Below, piece after piece: positions 1 through 9,700 of a DNA stretch of 35,857 nucleotides. The notes beneath the pieces were generated by a model that was given only the letters and a program-made list of their open reading frames with translations, was not told the DNA's origin and did not search any database. The stretch is from the NCBI GenBank assembly GCA_965656555.1, contig CBFHLF010000001.1, forward strand, positions 1 to 35,857, written 5' to 3'. Every line of letters begins with the position of its first letter. Within the stretch, counting starts at the first letter, position 1. The DNA comes from an uncultured Acidiluteibacter sp. GTDB taxonomy: Bacteria > Bacteroidota > Bacteroidia > Flavobacteriales_E > Vicingaceae. A program made the position numbers and the translations under genes.

Positions 1-877
1 CGCCTTCTTGCCATCCGATCAGTTGTCCAAAGCGAAGGTCATTCATAATTAGCGTATCACCTGAGGCGTTGAAGGTATAGTAACCTTTGGTCAAGTAGGT
101 TAATCGTTCAAAATCAGCATTATTTTGCAAAGGTGCTGCCAGATGTCGGCGTTTCTTTATTTCTTTAAAACTGATTTCCTTCGCCTGATCGAAAAGAGAA
201 TAGTAACTGATTAAAAAAGCGTCCTCTGTTTCGATGTTTGCCGTCCATAAAATGGTATTTAGCGGTGTTGGTCGACTTTCAAATCGCTCATAACTTACGG
301 ATTGACGACGTAAACTATCGGTAATCTCTTCGTCTACATGTGTTTTGATCAATACCGTAATGCCAAGGTAGGCGGTACTAAATAAGAGTCCAAATCGGTT
401 CCAACGTCGCCTTATTTGGCTATCTCTACGATAAAACAACACGGCAATGGTGCTCACCAAAAATGGCAACGTATAAATAGGGTCTATGACGAAAATACTA
501 TGAATCGCAATTCGATAGTCAAAAGGCCAAAACAGTTGCGTACCCCATGTCGTAAAACTATCGAGAAGTGGATGCGTGAATAAGCTCCAAAAGAATAACA
601 GTGACCAACCTTTCCAGCCGACTTCTTTTGAAGCATACAGTTTACTGACAAGGTAACCCAGGATGGGGGCCATCAGCAAACTAAATACGATGGAGTGACT
701 AAATCCGCGGTGTATGTCCAACTCTGTAACGGTGTCGAACATTCTACCAACAAACACGTCCAAGTCGGGAATGGTGCCTCCTATGGCTCCCCATAGGAGG
801 GCTTTATTCCCTATTTTTTTACCTAGAGTAGCTTCTCCTACTGCCGCTCCAAGTACAATCTGCGTTAATGAATCCAT
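1..877 (-). CDS. Metal-dependent hydrolase, inner-membrane YdjM/DUF457-like; 3' part runs off the window
   Basis: Not in the ORF track because it is truncated. Manual translation from ATG at 877 gives MDSLTQIVLGAAVGEATLGKKIGNKALLWGAIGGTIPDLD...HRGFSHS...THPLLDSFTTWGTQLFWPF, with the PDLD, HRGxxHS and HxxLD motifs of this family. The frame is open to position 1. Confidence 0.9.
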   Translation of the reverse strand, partial: MDSLTQIVLGAAVGEATLGKKIGNKALLWGAIGGTIPDLDVFVGRMFDTVTELDIHRGFSHSIVFSLLMAPILGYLVSKLYASKEVGWKGWSLLFFWSLFTHPLLDSFTTWGTQLFWPFDYRIAIHSIFVIDPIYTLPFLVSTIAVLFYRRDSQIRRRWNRFGLLFSTAYLGITVLIKTHVDEEITDSLRRQSVSYERFESRPTPLNTILWTANIETEDAFLISYYSLFDQAKEISFKEIKKRRHLAAPLQNNADFERLTYLTKGYYTFNASGDTLIMNDLRFGQLIGWQEG

Positions 878-1258
878 TTAGAATGGAAGATCATCTTCTT
901 CTGTTGCTTCATCAGCTGGATTCATTGATGCTGGCGGTGGAGGAACACTTCCTGGAGCAGAAGCCGCAGGCGCATTGCCACCCATGGCATCAATTTTCCA
1001 AGCATCAATGTTGTGAAACCAACGACCATTATACTCTCTAGAAGAGATATTGAATTCTACTTTTACATCCTGTCCTGCAGAAAAGTTATTGAGCATGGCA
1101 ATCTTATCATCACCAAAAAGACTAAAACAAACGTCAGGGTTATACTGAGCGCCAGTATCTACCACAAAACCTTGTTTTTTCCAATCTTTTCCTGCCTTAC
1201 TTGTACCACTTTCAACTGGTAATATTTGTTTAATTTTTCCTTCTACTGATAATCCCAT
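878..1258 (-). CDS. DUF3127 family protein, probable OB-fold, with an SSB-like acidic tail
   Basis: GxSKAGKDWKKQ, YNPDVCF and SREYNGRWFHNIDAWKI motifs; Pro/Ala linker; C-terminus EEDDLPF. Confidence 0.85.
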   Translation of the reverse strand: MGLSVEGKIKQILPVESGTSKAGKDWKKQGFVVDTGAQYNPDVCFSLFGDDKIAMLNNFSAGQDVKVEFNISSREYNGRWFHNIDAWKIDAMGGNAPAASAPGSVPPPPASMNPADEATEEDDLPF

Positions 1259-1263
1259 ACTTC

Positions 1264-1701
1264 TTATGCTTCTATTATTTCTATGTTCTCTATTTTGTCA
1301 CCCATTTTAATGGTATCGATAATGTCTAACCCTTCTACTACTTTACCAAAAACAGTATGATTTTTGTCTAAATGCTGTGTGTTTTTTCTATTATGGCAAA
1401 TGAAAAACTGCGACCCACCAGTATTTCTTCCTGCATGAGCCATTGACAATACCCCTTTGTCGTGTACTTGATTTTCGCCATCCAATTCGCAATCGATTGA
1501 GTAACCCGGGCCACCTGCTCCAGTTCCATCAGGGCATCCACCTTGTACTACAAAATCAGGTATTACTCTATGAAAAGTTAAGCCATTGTAAAAACCGTCT
1601 TTTGATAATTTTACAAAATTCTCAACGGTCTTTGGCGCATCGTTTTCAAAAAATTCTATCGTCATTTCACCTTTAGAGGTGGTCATTTTAGCTTTTTTCA
1701 T
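1264..1701 (-). CDS. Cyclophilin-type peptidyl-prolyl cis-trans isomerase
   Basis: FYNGLTFHRVIPDFVVQGGCP, LSMAHAGRNTGGSQFFI, HLDKNHTVFG. Confidence 0.97.
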   Translation of the reverse strand: MKKAKMTTSKGEMTIEFFENDAPKTVENFVKLSKDGFYNGLTFHRVIPDFVVQGGCPDGTGAGGPGYSIDCELDGENQVHDKGVLSMAHAGRNTGGSQFFICHNRKNTQHLDKNHTVFGKVVEGLDIIDTIKMGDKIENIEIIEA

Positions 1702-1727
1702 CTGATTTTCTATTAAAATTAAGACGA

Positions 1728-1735
1728 CAAATTTA
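1728..1735 (-). promoter_or_regulatory. Bacteroidetes sigma70 -7 element (TAAATTTG) for the cyclophilin/DUF3127/hydrolase operon
   Basis: Exact TAnnTTTG match on the minus strand, 27 nt upstream of the ATG at 1701. Confidence 0.6.
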
Positions 1736-1850
1736 TGTTTTTGATCGCCTATATCATAATAGCTGCTCTACTAATTATCACCAAGATTTATTTGTAATTC
1801 TCTTAAAAAAAGTTAACTTGATGGCGCTAACGATTAAAACTTAATAAACT

Positions 1851-4490
1851 ATGAAACATTTACTATTAACAGCCTTTATTAGCTGCACCTTATTTGGTAT
1901 GGCACAAAATTCAGGAGGGCCGGACAATTTCGGTTACACTTGGAAAAATTCTGTGGCCTCAGGAGGGCCTACTTTTGATTGGTATGACATCACTACACTT
2001 GGTACTCAAGTTAATGGATTATCAGATGATAACGTGGTCGGTCCTTTTCCATTAACAGGCTTCCAGTACTATACGAGCACACCAACCAATTTTTACATTG
2101 GATCCAATGGTTATGTTGCATTTAGTTCGGTAAACATTGCCTCTTCAGGTGGCCAATTCCCTGCTATTCCAACAGCAGGAGGTCCAAACAACTTTATTGC
2201 AGCGCTTCTTTCCGATTTAAGTTTTGCTAGTAGTGGTAATCCTGGTAACGCATATTATTATGATAATGGAGACTCCCTTTGCGTTTCTTTTATTAATGTA
2301 CCCTTTTGGATAAATAACGCACAGCAATATGGCGGGAGTAATACTTTTCAGATTATCTTAAATAAATTGGATACATCGATAACCGTTAATTACCTCGATC
2401 AACAAGGACTACCGGACCCTACTTATACAGCAAATGGGTTATCAATAGGTATTGAAAATGCTACTGGAGCTGATGGGCTGCAGCAGTATCGTGGAATGGT
2501 ATTTCCAACTGACTCTACATCAATTAAATTTTACTTCCCTTCTACTGTTGCACCAATAACTGATGGTAGTGTAAACTGGATTGGCAACTCCTCATCTAAT
2601 GGAGAGTTTGTTTTGAGTGGAAATAGCCTAGATCTAAGAGCAAATATTAAAAATGCAGGAAATCAGCCAATTAATTCTTACACCGTAAATGGAACAATTA
2701 CACCACCTGCTTCAGGAGCACCATGGTCTGACTCTCGCATTTTAACAAGTTTAGCACCAGGTGACGATACTACATTTACTTACAATACATCGTACACACC
2801 TAATGCGCTAGGCATCCATGATTACACAACAACATTAAGCGGAATATCTAATGATAATACCGCTTCAAACAATAGCTTAACCCAAAAAATAATCGCACTA
2901 GATCCTGCTAAAGACACGCTAAAAATGGATTATTCTGATGGAATTACAAGCGGCAGTATTGGATGGTCAGGTGGAAATGGTGGTGTGGCAGTTTATATGA
3001 AGCCTCCAATCTATCCCGCCAAAATTATTTCTACAGATTATTACATCACCTCTTTGGGAACGCCTAATGTTGGTTTTCATGCAATGATTTACGATGACGA
3101 TGGTCCAAACGGAACCCATGGAACTCTATTGGATAGTGTTTACGTAGCTCCTGCATCAATTACAACAGGTGTATACACAAGTGTTAACCCAATTGATACT
3201 AACTTAACCATTACGGATGGAGGTGTATACATTCACTGGTTAATGGATGGAGATGGTATTAATATCGGTTCAGACAATACACCTCCCATCTCAAAACGAG
3301 CAATTGAGGTTATTCTTGGAGGTTGGGCAGATTACAGAGATCGAGAAACTCAAGACTTTATGATGGGGATGACCATCCAAACGCCTTCTGAGGATGGAGA
3401 AGTAACGAGTATTGGACAAGCCGATGGAAAGGGTGTAGTTATTCAACGTTCTACTTCATATCCGTTAAGTGCTACTATATCAAATGTAGGATTCAGAGAT
3501 GTCGCTTCAGTTACGGCAAACAATAAACTTCAGGTAAGAACAGGTACTGTTGTTAATGTAGGTAGCGGTTCAGCCACATTATCACCTCTAAACGCCGGTA
3601 ATGATACATCCTTCACGTTTAGTAATACGTTTACTCCATCCGTTACAGGAACATACTCCTATGAAGTTTATTTAGATAAACTACTTAAGGATACCGAAAA
3701 TGAGAATGATACATTAATGCAAGAAATTATTGTAGTAGATAGCAATGCTGCATTAATCGATATTTCCTACGCAGATACTTCTGCTGAAGGTTCTTTAGTA
3801 AATGGAGCAAGTATGCTAGGTTATGCAGCCTATTTTGAACCTTCCTTCTATCCTGCTCGAATTAAAAAAACATCCTTCTATCACACAGCATTAGGAAACT
3901 CCTTTGGCTTCGATGCACTTATCCTAAAAGGCGATAGCTCATTAGCAGTATTAGATAGTGTATTAGTTGGATCAGGAACAATTACACCTAACACTTATAC
4001 AGATGTAACACCATCTAACAACAACCTCGTAATAAATAGTGGTGGAATTTTTGTTCTCTGGAGAAAATTTGGAAACGGCATTGAGCTTGGCTTTGATGGA
4101 GAAGCTCCATTTTCTCGTCAAAACTATCAAGTAGATGCTTCGGGAGTAGCACCTTATATCAATAATGATCAGGAAGACATTATGATAAAAGTTCAGTTTG
4201 AACGAGGAAGTATTCCTGTAGGAATTGAAGAACAACAACTAGTTACTTTATCTACTTATCCAAATCCTTTTAACAATCAAACCACCATTGAATTACCAAC
4301 AGAAATTGATGGAAATGTGGTGGTTCTAGAGGTGAGAAATCAATTGGGACAATTGGTGAATCCAAAGGTGATTCGCTACCAAAATCAACTGAAATTATTT
4401 AAAGGTGACTTATCAGAGGGACTTTATACCTATTCTATCAGTCAAAATGGACAATTAAAGGCTGTTGGAAAACTAATGATTAACGAATAG
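1851..4490 (+). CDS. T9SS-secreted protein (type A CTD) with an N-terminal nidogen-like region and two tandem ~277-aa CARDB/Ig-containing repeats
   Basis: Signal peptide; GGPDNFGYTW...FYIGSNGYVAF; C-terminal YPNPFNNQTTI...NQLGQLV...LSEGLYTY...KLMI is a typical Por secretion tail. Confidence 0.85.
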   Translation: MKHLLLTAFISCTLFGMAQNSGGPDNFGYTWKNSVASGGPTFDWYDITTLGTQVNGLSDDNVVGPFPLTGFQYYTSTPTNFYIGSNGYVAFSSVNIASSGGQFPAIPTAGGPNNFIAALLSDLSFASSGNPGNAYYYDNGDSLCVSFINVPFWINNAQQYGGSNTFQIILNKLDTSITVNYLDQQGLPDPTYTANGLSIGIENATGADGLQQYRGMVFPTDSTSIKFYFPSTVAPITDGSVNWIGNSSSNGEFVLSGNSLDLRANIKNAGNQPINSYTVNGTITPPASGAPWSDSRILTSLAPGDDTTFTYNTSYTPNALGIHDYTTTLSGISNDNTASNNSLTQKIIALDPAKDTLKMDYSDGITSGSIGWSGGNGGVAVYMKPPIYPAKIISTDYYITSLGTPNVGFHAMIYDDDGPNGTHGTLLDSVYVAPASITTGVYTSVNPIDTNLTITDGGVYIHWLMDGDGINIGSDNTPPISKRAIEVILGGWADYRDRETQDFMMGMTIQTPSEDGEVTSIGQADGKGVVIQRSTSYPLSATISNVGFRDVASVTANNKLQVRTGTVVNVGSGSATLSPLNAGNDTSFTFSNTFTPSVTGTYSYEVYLDKLLKDTENENDTLMQEIIVVDSNAALIDISYADTSAEGSLVNGASMLGYAAYFEPSFYPARIKKTSFYHTALGNSFGFDALILKGDSSLAVLDSVLVGSGTITPNTYTDVTPSNNNLVINSGGIFVLWRKFGNGIELGFDGEAPFSRQNYQVDASGVAPYINNDQEDIMIKVQFERGSIPVGIEEQQLVTLSTYPNPFNNQTTIELPTEIDGNVVVLEVRNQLGQLVNPKVIRYQNQLKLFKGDLSEGLYTYSISQNGQLKAVGKLMINE

Positions 4491-4513
4491 CAAAATCATT
4501 TAAATTGAAGACT

Positions 4514-4554
4514 GAGCCCGATGGTCAATATTGACTATCGGGCTCTTATTTTTT
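4514..4554 (+). terminator. Rho-independent terminator
   Basis: GAGCCCGATGGTCAA-ta-TTGACTATCGGGCTC hairpin (one G-U pair) followed by TTATTTTTT, 23 nt after the stop codon. Confidence 0.88.
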
Positions 4555-4580
4555 AAGACCTATTAAATCAACTAATTGGT

Positions 4581-4588
4581 TATATTTG
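4581..4588 (+). promoter_or_regulatory. -7 promoter element (TATATTTG)
   Basis: TAnnTTTG match about 30 nt upstream of the ATG at 4620. Confidence 0.55.
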
Positions 4589-4619
4589 GTTGCACCATTT
4601 ACGAAAAGGAACCGACCAA

Positions 4620-4971
4620 ATGAACTCAATAAAATGCATTCTATTTGTCTTTTACTTGCTTTTATTTACAGGTAACATAACAGCACAAGAAAACGATATC
4701 GGTAGCATAAATAGGTCCTTCACAAAAACAAAAATCAAACAAGGAGCAGTTTTCTTATCAGGAGTTACGCAATGGTTAAACCAATGCATACAATTACCTC
4801 CCGGTAGAGTATTTTTCGGTAGGAGCTTCAGCAGGTGTTAGTTATTTTATAAACCCTACAATTAGTGTTGATGGAAACATTGAATATGGTAGAAATTCGA
4901 GTAAGAAAGATAGAAATAATTCTATTTTCGGAACAACTTTTGGGTTTTCTTTTTTGTTTGAAAATAAATGA
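4620..4971 (+). pseudogene. Degraded outer-membrane beta-barrel protein gene (frameshift plus probable internal deletion)
   Basis: ATG at 4620 gives a signal peptide (MNSIKCILFVFYLLLFTGNITAQ...). A different frame from ~4780 reads YNYLPVEYFSVGASAGVSYFINPTISVDGNIEYG...IFGTTFGFSFLFENK*, i.e. amphipathic beta-strands with an aromatic OMP-like C-terminus. Confidence 0.65.
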
Positions 4972-4985
4972 ATTAAAATAACAAG

Positions 4986-5927
4986 ATGAAAAATTTACAA
5001 TTTAGAAACGGAGATAGTATTCCAACACTTGGTTTAGGAACTTGGAAATCGGCTCCTGGAGAGGTAAAAGATGCTATTCTATCAGCTGTAAAAAACGGAT
5101 ATCGACACATTGATTGTGCAGCTATTTATGGTAATGAAAAAGAAATAGGAGAAGCATTTAATGAATTGTTTTCCCAAAAGGTAGTGACACGAGAAGAATT
5201 ATTCATTACCTCCAAGTTGTGGAATGATAAACACAAGGCTGTGGATGTTATTCCAGCACTAAAACAAACGTTAAAAGACTTACAATTAGACTACCTAGAT
5301 TTGTACCTTATTCATTGGCCAGTTGCGATGAAAAAAGACGCCAATCCACCGGAGTTTTTAAGCCTAGAAGAAGTCCCTCTAACAGAAACTTGGAATCAAC
5401 TGATTAGGGCAAAAAATGAGGGCTTATGTAAACACATTGGAACCTCTAACTTTTCCATAAAGAAGCTCGATCACTTAAACACCAATAGCGAAGAACCTGT
5501 AGAATTGAATCAAGTGGAGCTTCACCCTTTCTTTGCTCAGAGAGATTTGGCTAGTTGGTGCAAACAAAATAATGTATTAATGACGGCCTATTCTCCACTC
5601 TGCTCATCAGACAGGTCCGATGGTTTTAAAAAAAGCGATGAACCACAGCTTTTTGAGAATGAAACACTCAAAGCAATTGCCAACAAAAAAGGATGCTCAA
5701 TTGCACAAGTTGCATTAGCTTGGATTCAATCAAGAGGTATTTGTGCTATTCCAAAATCCACCAATGCGGGCAGACAAAAAGAAAATTTGTTAGCAAACGA
5801 AGTGCATTTGACAGCTGAAGAAATCGCTCAAGTAGACGCTATAAATATTGATTATCGAATTATAGATGGATCATTTTGGACCGACAATCCATACTACACC
5901 AAGGAGAATCTTTGGGATTTGGACTAA
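4986..5927 (+). CDS. Aldo/keto reductase
   Basis: GLGTW, GYRHIDCAAIYGNE, LFITSKLW, LDYLDLYLIHWP, IGTSNF, NQVELHP, AIPKS. Confidence 0.97.
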   Translation: MKNLQFRNGDSIPTLGLGTWKSAPGEVKDAILSAVKNGYRHIDCAAIYGNEKEIGEAFNELFSQKVVTREELFITSKLWNDKHKAVDVIPALKQTLKDLQLDYLDLYLIHWPVAMKKDANPPEFLSLEEVPLTETWNQLIRAKNEGLCKHIGTSNFSIKKLDHLNTNSEEPVELNQVELHPFFAQRDLASWCKQNNVLMTAYSPLCSSDRSDGFKKSDEPQLFENETLKAIANKKGCSIAQVALAWIQSRGICAIPKSTNAGRQKENLLANEVHLTAEEIAQVDAINIDYRIIDGSFWTDNPYYTKENLWDLD

Positions 5928-6550
5928 ATAGATTGTAAAAGATTTAAGGCGGTAGATGTAATCATTTCAATACCAATAGCAATTACGATAAAACCAATAA
6001 TGCGAGATAATGCATTAATTCCTGAAGCACCTAGCGCTTTTACGATGTAGCGTGATACGTTGAGCAAAAGATAGATGCACAGAGTTGTAAAAATGACAGC
6101 TCCAACAATTTGTACTATCTGCTCAACACCTTGGTGGGTTTGATTGTAAGTAATAAGCAGCGATATAGCCCCGGGGCCTGCGAGCATTGGAATCGCTAAT
6201 GGAGTAAGTGAAATTTCGGATCGTGTTTTGATGTCATTTTGAACACGATCCCTTTTCATTCCTTTATGTTCCCTAAACTTACCTGTAAGCAATGCAAACC
6301 CTGAAGAGGCAATAATTAAACCACCTGCAAGCTTGAGGGAATTCAGACTAATTCCAAAAAAGAGCAAAATATACTTCCCTGCAAAAAAAGACAGTAATAA
6401 AATTATCAGCACATTAACCGATGTCCATAAGGCAATCTGAGTTCGCTCTTTCACTGTATTTTCTTGTGTTAACCCTACGAATAATGGAATGGTTCCTAAC
6501 GGATTCATAATAGAGAAAAGCGCGGCAAAAGAAAGCATAAATAGTTCCAT
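5924..6550 (-). CDS. MarC family integral membrane protein
   Basis: FSIMNPLGTIPLF, TPLAIPMLAGPGAIS, LSRIIGFIVIAIG. Confidence 0.95.
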   Translation of the reverse strand: MELFMLSFAALFSIMNPLGTIPLFVGLTQENTVKERTQIALWTSVNVLIILLLSFFAGKYILLFFGISLNSLKLAGGLIIASSGFALLTGKFREHKGMKRDRVQNDIKTRSEISLTPLAIPMLAGPGAISLLITYNQTHQGVEQIVQIVGAVIFTTLCIYLLLNVSRYIVKALGASGINALSRIIGFIVIAIGIEMITSTALNLLQSI

Positions 6551-6757
6551 GTTTTTTTTTGCAAAAGTGGTCTTATTCTACAGGTCAAAAGATTAAAAGA
6601 AGGTAAACAGATTGTTAAGTTAACTACTACAGTGGTAAAGTACTACTCAAGTTAATAGATTGTTCATTCCAAAAGCTGCGCAACTTTTTATTCAATTTAT
6701 GCGTCAATTTCTTATCTTTAATGATTAATCAATGAACGATTAAACTTCTAAAAAACA

Positions 6758-9700
6758 GTGACTAGATTTACGCTTTTTATTTCAACTATTTTGCTAAATC
6801 TAGTTTCGTATGGACAGTTAGTAGCTGACTTTTCTGCTAATAAGACTACCGGATGTGATGTTCTTGGAGGAGTTACATTTACTGATTTATCTACAGGTAA
6901 TCCAACTTCATGGAGTTGGAATTTCGGAAACGGAAATACTTCTATACTCCAAAATCCTACAGCTAACTTTAGTAGCCCAGGTAATTATACGGTAACACTA
7001 ACGGTAAGGTCAGGGAACAATACCAATACAATTACTAAATCAGCTTACATAAAAGTTTTTAGAAACCCTGTAAGCAACCTATCTGCTACACCTACGAGTG
7101 GCTGTACTCCTCTAAATGTAAGTTTTACCGACAACTCTACTCCTGGGGATGGCATCATCAATCAATGGTTATGGGACTTTAATGATGGTAGCCCTGCATC
7201 AAATCAGCAAAACCCAACGCATACTTACCTCACTGTTGGTCAGTATGATGTTTCATTAAAGGTAACAGACAACAATGGCTGTTCGAATACCAAACTAGAA
7301 AATAACCTTGTAACTCCAAACCCAAAACCAAGAGCACTAATTTCAGTTACTAGTCAACGATCTGGATGTACCGCACCACTTACCGTTAATTTTATAAGTA
7401 ATTCTGTTGGTCAAAACCTTAGTTACCTTTGGAATTTCGGAGATGGAAATTCATCAACACAAGCTAATCCAACACATACCTACACCTCACTAGGAGTTTA
7501 CGATGTATCGTTAAGCGTTATTGATCAAGCAGGGTGTAGTGATTCTACAAAAAGATTTGGTTATGTAACCATTCGTCCTGTTACCGCAGATTTCGAATTC
7601 TTGCAAGACAGCATATGTAAAGGAGAAACCCTTGAAGTGAATAATAAGTCTGTAAATGGCTCTACTTTTCAATGGACCTTTGGTGATGGTAGGACCTCCA
7701 ACTCCTCTTCTCCAAGTATCGTTTTTAACAACGCTGGTACGTATCAAGTAAAATTAATTGCTTCAAGAAACGGTGTTTGTGCTGATGAAATCACAAAAAC
7801 TTTTTATGTGGACAGTGTCAAAGCCAAACTTAACATCCAACCTTTATTTGTTTGTGAGGACAGCACGATAGTTACCTTTACTAATCAATCTTTTAATAGT
7901 GACTCTTCTCACTATATATTAGGAGGAAAATCATATTTTAACATAAATCCAGTTTCATTCTACGGAGAAGATGGCACATTTGAAGATACGCTAATTGCAG
8001 TTAGTAAGCTTGGTTGTATTGATACCGTGGTGAGAAATGACAGGTCCGTATCTATTACAAGATTAGATATTTTCAGTAAAGATTTCGGTGGATGCATTCC
8101 TCATACCACTCGACTCAACTCCAAGGTAGAGAGCTCCTCCCCGATCATTAACTATTTTTGGGAGTTTGGAAGAAACGGTTCATTAGGAACATCGACAGAT
8201 AGAGACTCTGTCAGTTACACTCTAAATACAGATACTATTTTCAAAGTCATTGCTACAGTAATAGACAGTAATGGTTGTGAAGCAAAAGATTCTTTATTAA
8301 TAGGCGCAGGAACTCCCCCAAGATTTACTTTTCAGCAACTAAGTGATACGGTCTGTGCTAATGATACATTACAAGCAGTAATAAAATTCGACCTACCAAG
8401 AATGATAGTTCTTGATGTAATTGATAGTATACGCGGTGATTCAGTTGAATTCTTTTATGCACAAGACACATTAAACGTATATGGTTTTGCAGACACAGGT
8501 TTAACATACATCAAAATTAAAAATGACTATAACGGTTGTAAACGAGATACGGTAATTGAGGTACATGTTAATGGGCCTATAATCTATCGTATCAAAGATT
8601 CCATTAACTGCACTAATAAATCACAACACTTTTTTTCTACAAACGCTAAAGATTTTAATCGATTTGAGTGGGACTTTGGTGATGGATCTCCAATAGTGAC
8701 CAATGATCTAACACCGTCACACACCTACCAAAATGACAGTAGCTATCTCGTTACATTGACTGTATATAATGATAGCACAGGATGTGATTATGTTTTGAAA
8801 TACATAACAGTAGTTGACCAAAAATCTCCGAGCATCATAGGTGGTCCTCAGATCATGTGCATCCCTTTCGATTATAATTTAAAAGCCTCTCTCCCCGCAG
8901 ATACAGAAGATTTTTACTGGTTGGTCGATGGAGACACCATTCGAACAGATTCCCTAGTAGGAAAGATGGATAGCGCAAAGACATTAAATATTGAAATAAT
9001 GGCAGTTAACCAGTATGGATGTATTTACAACCCATCTATTTCACTTACAGGATACGAATTAAAGCCAATTATATTGGCGGACACTAGTCGTTTCTGTGAC
9101 CCTTCAGAAGTTGTTTTTACAAGTGGAACCAACGCAGTAGTAGCAATTGATAGCTCATTCTGGAATTTTGGAAATGGAGATATTTCCGACAGTTTATTTA
9201 GCGACACCAGCTATTACAATGTAGAAGGTTATTACGATGTAACTCTTCGACAAATAGATATCAATGGATGCTCGAATACAACAATAGCAAAAGACTTTAT
9301 ACGCTTCTTTAGGAACATTCCAAGGTTCTCTAGTCGCAATAGAACCGCTTGTGTAGGTGATTTAGTAACATTTACAAACAATTCCATAGGAGATTCACTT
9401 ACCTTCTTTTGGGATTTCGGAAATGGGCAAACAAGCACGGCTTTAGACACTTCAATTCGTTATAATGCACCTGGAAGCTATGATGTATCCTTAAAATCAT
9501 ATAACCCAATTGGCTGTGAAGAGGAATATGTACTAACGAATTACATTAATGTTGAAGCAAGCCCTGTAGCAGATTTTACCTCTGACACGGCTGTAAGTAG
9601 CTGTTATCCATTACCTGTCAATTTCACCAACACCTCCTCTCTATTAAATACCATCACCTTTAATCGTTGGGATTTTGGTGATAACACGCCTATCTCTCAA

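Noticed and set aside
4590-4841. 83-aa ORF taken as an intact gene
   Set aside because: The TTG start abuts the promoter motif and the C-terminal half is out of frame with the OMP-like sequence; treated as part of a pseudogene
6552-6560. T9 homopolymer as a phase-variation tract
   Set aside because: It is an A-run directly upstream of the MarC start on the minus strand, typical of Bacteroidetes translation initiation regions, and lies outside coding sequence
6605-6666. Short imperfect repeats (AGATTGTT, AAGTTAA and ACTACT, each twice) upstream of the PKD gene
   Set aside because: Could be regulator sites, but they are too short and AT-rich to distinguish from chance
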